64,000 nucleotides of DNA from contig NC_091473.1 in NCBI RefSeq assembly GCF_036971445.1, positions 215,946,001-216,010,000 of the forward strand, given 5' to 3'. Origin of the DNA: Narcine bancroftii (lineage: Eukaryota). A model generated the notes under the pieces. That model was given only the letters and a program-made list of their open reading frames with translations, made no database searches and was not told where the DNA came from. A program made the position numbers and the translations under genes. Shown piece after piece: positions 59,501 through 64,000 of this stretch (position 1 is its first letter; each line of letters starts with the position of its first letter).

Positions 59501-62500
59501 TGAAACTCCCTCTATCCCGTCCCGTCACACACTCAGAGGGCCTGGATTGGACATAGAATGAAGCTCTCTCTACACCATCCCGTGACACACTCACAAGGCC
59601 TGGATCAGTCGTAGAGTGAAGCTCCCTCTACACCGACCCGTCACACACTCACAGGGCCTGGATCAGACAAGAGTGAAGCTCCCTCTCCACCATCCCATCA
59701 CAAACTAACAGGCCCAGGATCAGATATGAAGATAACTCCCTCTACACCGTTCAGTTACACACTCACAGGGCCTACATAAGACATGGAGTGAAACTCCCTC
59801 TCCACCGTCCCGTCACACACTCAGAGGGCCTGGATCGGACATAGAATGAGGCTCTCTCTACATCATCCCGTGACACACTCACAAAGCCTGGATCAGTCGT
59901 AGAGTGAAGCTCCCTCTACACCGTCTCATCACACACTCACAGTGCCTGGTTTGACATAGAGTGAAACTCCCTTTACACCATCCCGTCAGACACTCACAAG
60001 GCCTGGATCAGATAAAGTTGAAGCTCCCTCTCCACTGTCCCATCGCATACTCACAGGACCTGGATAAGACATGGAGTGAAACTCCCTCTGCACCATCCCG
60101 TCACACACTCACAGGGCCTGGATCAGTCATAGAGTGAAGCTCTCTCTACACCATCCCGTCACGTACTCAAAGGACCTGGATCAGACATAGAATGATACTC
60201 CCTCGACACTTACCTAAATAATACGCTCACAGGGCATGGATCAGCATTGACTGAAGCTCCCTCTCCACTGTGCTGTCACACACTCACAGTGCCTTGATCA
60301 GACATGGAGTGAAACTCCCTCTACACTGTCCCATCACCACACAAATGGCCTGGATAAGACATAGAAGGAAACTCCCTCTACGCCGTCCTGTCACACACTC
60401 ACAGGGCTTGGATCTAGATAGAATAAAACTCCCTCTACACTGTCCTGTCACACACTCACAGGACCTGGATCAGACATGGAGTTAAACTACCTCTACATCG
60501 TTCCGTCACACACAGGGCCTGGATCAGACATAGACTGATGCTCCCTCTCCACTGTCCCATCATACACTCACAGGGAATAGATCAGACATGGAGTGAAACT
60601 CCCTCTTCACCATCCCATCACCACTGAAAGGGCCTGGATCAGAAGTAGAGTGAAGCTCCCTCTACATCGTCCTGTCACTAACTCACAGGGCTTGATTCTA
60701 CATAGAGTGGAACTCCCTCTACACTGACCCGTCACAGACTCCCAGAGCCTGGATCAGTCATAGAGTGAAGCTCCCTCTACCCTGTTCCGTCACATATTCA
60801 CAAGGTCTGGATCAGACCTAGAGTGAAGCTCCCTCTACACTGTCCTGTCACACACTCACAGGACCTGGATAAGACGGAGTGAAACTCCCTCTACACTGTC
60901 CCGTTGTACACTCACAGGGCCTGGATCAGTTGTAGAGTGAAGCTCCCTCACTGTCCCGTCATACACTCACAGGGCCTGTATCAGACATGGAGTGAAACTC
61001 CCTCTACCCGTCCCATCACCACTAAAAGGTCCTGGATCAGATGTAGAGTGAAGTTCCCTCTACACCGTCCAGTCACATATACACAGGATCTGGATTGACA
61101 TAGAAAAAAATGCCCTCTACACCGTCCCATCACCACTCATAGGGCCTGGATCGGCATAGAGTTAAACTCCATCTACAATGTTCCATTGCACTCTCATAGG
61201 GCCTGGATCAGCCATAGAGTGAAGCTCCCTCTACACCATGCCGTTACACACTCACAGGGCCTGGATCGACATAGACTGAAGATCCCTCTCCATTGTCCCG
61301 TCACACACTCACAGGACCTAGATAAGACATGGAGTGAAACTACCTCTGCACCGTCCCGTCACACACTCACAGCGCCTGGATCAGACATAGAGTGAAGCTC
61401 CCTCAACTCTGTCCCGTCACACACTATCAGGACCTGAAGCATACATGGACTGAAATTCCTCTACCCCATCCTGTCACACTCTCACAGGGCCTGGATCAGA
61501 CAGTGTGAAACTCCCTCTACACCATACCGTCACACACTCACAAGGCCTGGATCCGACATATAATGAAGCTCCCTTGACACTGTCCTGTAACCACTCACAG
61601 GGCCTGTATCAGACATGGAGTGAAACTACCTCTAAAATGTCCCGTCATCATTCGCATGGCCTGGATCAGACATAGAGTGAAACACCCTCTACACCATCCA
61701 ATCACACACTCACAGGGCTTGGATCTACATAGTTTGAAACTCTGTCTACACAGACCCGTCACAGACTCCCAGAGCCTTGTTTGACATAGAGAAAAACTCA
61801 CTCTACACCGTCCCATCACCACTCAAAGTGCCTGGATGGACATAGAGTGAAACTCCATCTACACCATCCCGTCACAGACTCACAGGGCCTGGATAAGGCA
61901 TGGACTTAAAATCCCTCTATCCCATCCCGTCACACACTCACAGGGCCTGGATCAGCCATAGAGTGAAGCTCTCTCTACACCGTCCTGTCACACACTCACA
62001 GGGCCTTGATCAGATATCGTCAAAGCTCCCTCTCCACCATCCCATCACATACTAACAGGCCCAGGATCAGATATGAAGAAAACTCCCTCTACACCATCCC
62101 ATTACACACTCACAGGGCCTGGATCAGACATAGAGTGAAGCTCCCTCTCCACCATCCCATCATTTACTATCAGAGCCTGGATCAGACAAAGAAGGAAACT
62201 CCCTCTACACCATCCCATTACACACTCACAGGGCCTGGATCAGACATAAAAGGAAACTCCCTATACACCATCCTGTTACACACACAGGGCGTGGATCAGA
62301 CATAGAACTATGCTCCCTCTCCACAGTCCCATCACTCACTCACTAGGCCTGAATCAGACATAGAAGGAAACTACCTCTACACTGTCCCGTCACAAACTCA
62401 TACGGCCCATTTCGACATAGAATGAAACTCCCTCTCCTTTGTTCCGTCACACACTCACAGGGCCTGGATCAGACCTAGATTTAAGCCCCTTCTATGCCGA

Positions 62501-62707
62501 CCCGTCACATACTCACAGAGCCTGGATCAGACATTGACTGAAGATCCCTCTCCACTGTCCCGTCACACACTAGAGTGAAGCTCTCTCTAAACTGTCCCGT
62601 CACACATTCACAGGGCCTGTACCAGACATGGAGTAAAACTCCTTCTAAAACATCCCATCACCATTCACATGGCCTGGATCAGACATAGAGTGAAACTCCC
62701 TCTACAG
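56520..62707 (+). repeat. 6.2-kb array of the ~58-bp satellite family (cacagggcctggatcagacatagagtgaagctccctctacaccgtcccgtcacacact)
   Basis: Roughly 105 diverged units with recurring multi-unit variant blocks. Confidence 0.96.
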
Positions 62708-64000
62708 CAGGGGTGTCAAACTCAAATTCACGGAGGGCCAAAATTAAAAACTTGGACTAAGTCGATGGCCGAACTAAATATTTATTGAAAATTTTCAACA
62801 ACATCTGCATGTTTTCTCTTCTTTCAACATATGTAATGTTAAACTTTTTCTTATTAAAATAAATGTTTAATAATAGTTTTGGATAAACTCTTTCCAGAAA
62901 CATTAACAAATGAGGAATAAAATATTCAATAAATAATATTTCTCTATAGAGGATTTGTCAAATGTTGCTAGTGTGCTGTCGAATAGTAAAATCTGAGGGC
63001 TATTGAGAATGTGGGAGAATAACATGATTCCTGAAACAATCAAATGGGTGACTGATTGTGGGCATGAACTCTAGCAGGGTTATTTTCCATGCCCTTTTTC
63101 CATTGGTACAGATATCCTTTGATTTACACACTTTTCAAGTTTTATGCCTAATGAGCTTGTATCCAGGTGCAGGACCATTTTTAACCAGGAATATATTTAT
63201 CACTGTGACATGAAACTATTGGAAGATCATTTTATCCTGAGATTAAAGTTCATAATACTTACTCAGGCCTGTGTGCGGGAGGGCGGGGTTTGCGGGCAAT
63301 CGGGTTGGACAACGACAGTGCGGGGGCATCGGCTCTCGCTGCAGGGCAGCATCTCGGCGGATCAGCGGCCCCGTCACCGTGAGTCGCGGGTCGGCCTGCG
63401 GCAGGGAGGGGGAGTGGGCAACGGTCCTGGCGAGGTCAGGCCCCCCCTGAGTTTCTGCTGGACCCCCCTTGACCTGCTGAGTTTCTCCTGGACCCCCCTT
63501 GACCTGCTGAGTTTCTGCCAGACCCCCCTTGACCTGCTGAGTTTCTCCCGGACCCCCCTTGACCTGCTGAGTTTCTCCTGGACCTCCTTTGACCTGCTGA
63601 GTTTCTCCCGGATCCCCCCTTGACCTGCTGAGTTTCTGCCGGACCCCCCTTGACCTGCTGAGTTTTTCCCGGACCCCCTCCCCTTGACCTTCTGAGTTTC
63701 TCCCGGACCCCTCCCCCTTGACCTGCTGAGTTTATGTCGGACCCCCCTTTGACCTGCTGAGTTTTTCCCGGATCCCCCTTTGACCTGCTGAGTTTCTTCC
63801 GGATCCCCCTTTGACCTGCTGAGTTTCTCCCGGACACCCCTTGACCTGCTGAGTTTCTCCTGGACCTCCCTTGACCTGCTGAGTTTCTCCCGGACCCCCC
63901 TTGACCTGCTAGTTTCTCCCGGACCCCCTTTTCTTTCCGTGCCGGTGTCCCAGGACCTTTCCAGGGCAGTCTCTGCGCTCAGGACCGCGCTGCGATCCCG
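62708..64000. mobile_element. hAT/Charlie-like DNA transposon inserted into the satellite array; right end not in the window
   Basis: Starts abruptly mid-unit with caggggtgtcaaactc, a hAT-type TIR, after ctctacag. AT-rich subterminal region follows. Confidence 0.65.
63445..63925. repeat. ~30-bp minisatellite (gaccccccttgacctgctgagtttctccyg)
   Basis: About 15 units. Confidence 0.92.

Noticed and set aside
56520-62707. CRISPR-like appearance: hairpin-containing repeat with variable linkers
   Set aside because: The linkers are homologous to each other rather than unique spacers, there are no cas genes, and the context is vertebrate. It is a satellite.
43840-64000. DEDD, UFC1 or USP21, expected downstream of NIT1 by human synteny
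   Set aside because: No recognisable peptide from these genes was seen in the ORF track or in the segments I translated by hand.

Overview
This is vertebrate genomic DNA, not prokaryotic. The repeat content (V-SINE/HE1-like SINEs, CR1, Rex/Babar, RTE, Penelope, hAT) points to a cartilaginous fish, probably a ray (inference). Four spliced genes can be reconstructed with canonical splice sites: a divergent ATP6V1A-like gene (minus, first five coding exons, continuing off the left edge), KLHDC9 (+), PFDN2 (-) and NIT1 (+). KLHDC9-PFDN2-NIT1 is the human 1q23.3 order. Two weaker candidates follow: a small-exon minus-strand gene converging on NIT1, and a plus-strand signal-peptide exon at 50106. 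The rest is nested transposons, purine/pyrimidine-skewed introns and many minisatellites, including a ~58-bp family that fills whole introns and forms a 6-kb array. The most notable observations are: a probable retained 2R ohnologue of ATP6V1A with a U12-type donor; an LTR fragment overlapping the NIT1 stop codon and carrying a bidirectional poly(A) signal; satellite-built introns whose unit supplies the likely branch point; degenerate Penelope hammerhead ribozymes; and two minisatellites apparently born from Penelope sequence. Homology calls come from recalled sequences, not database searches.
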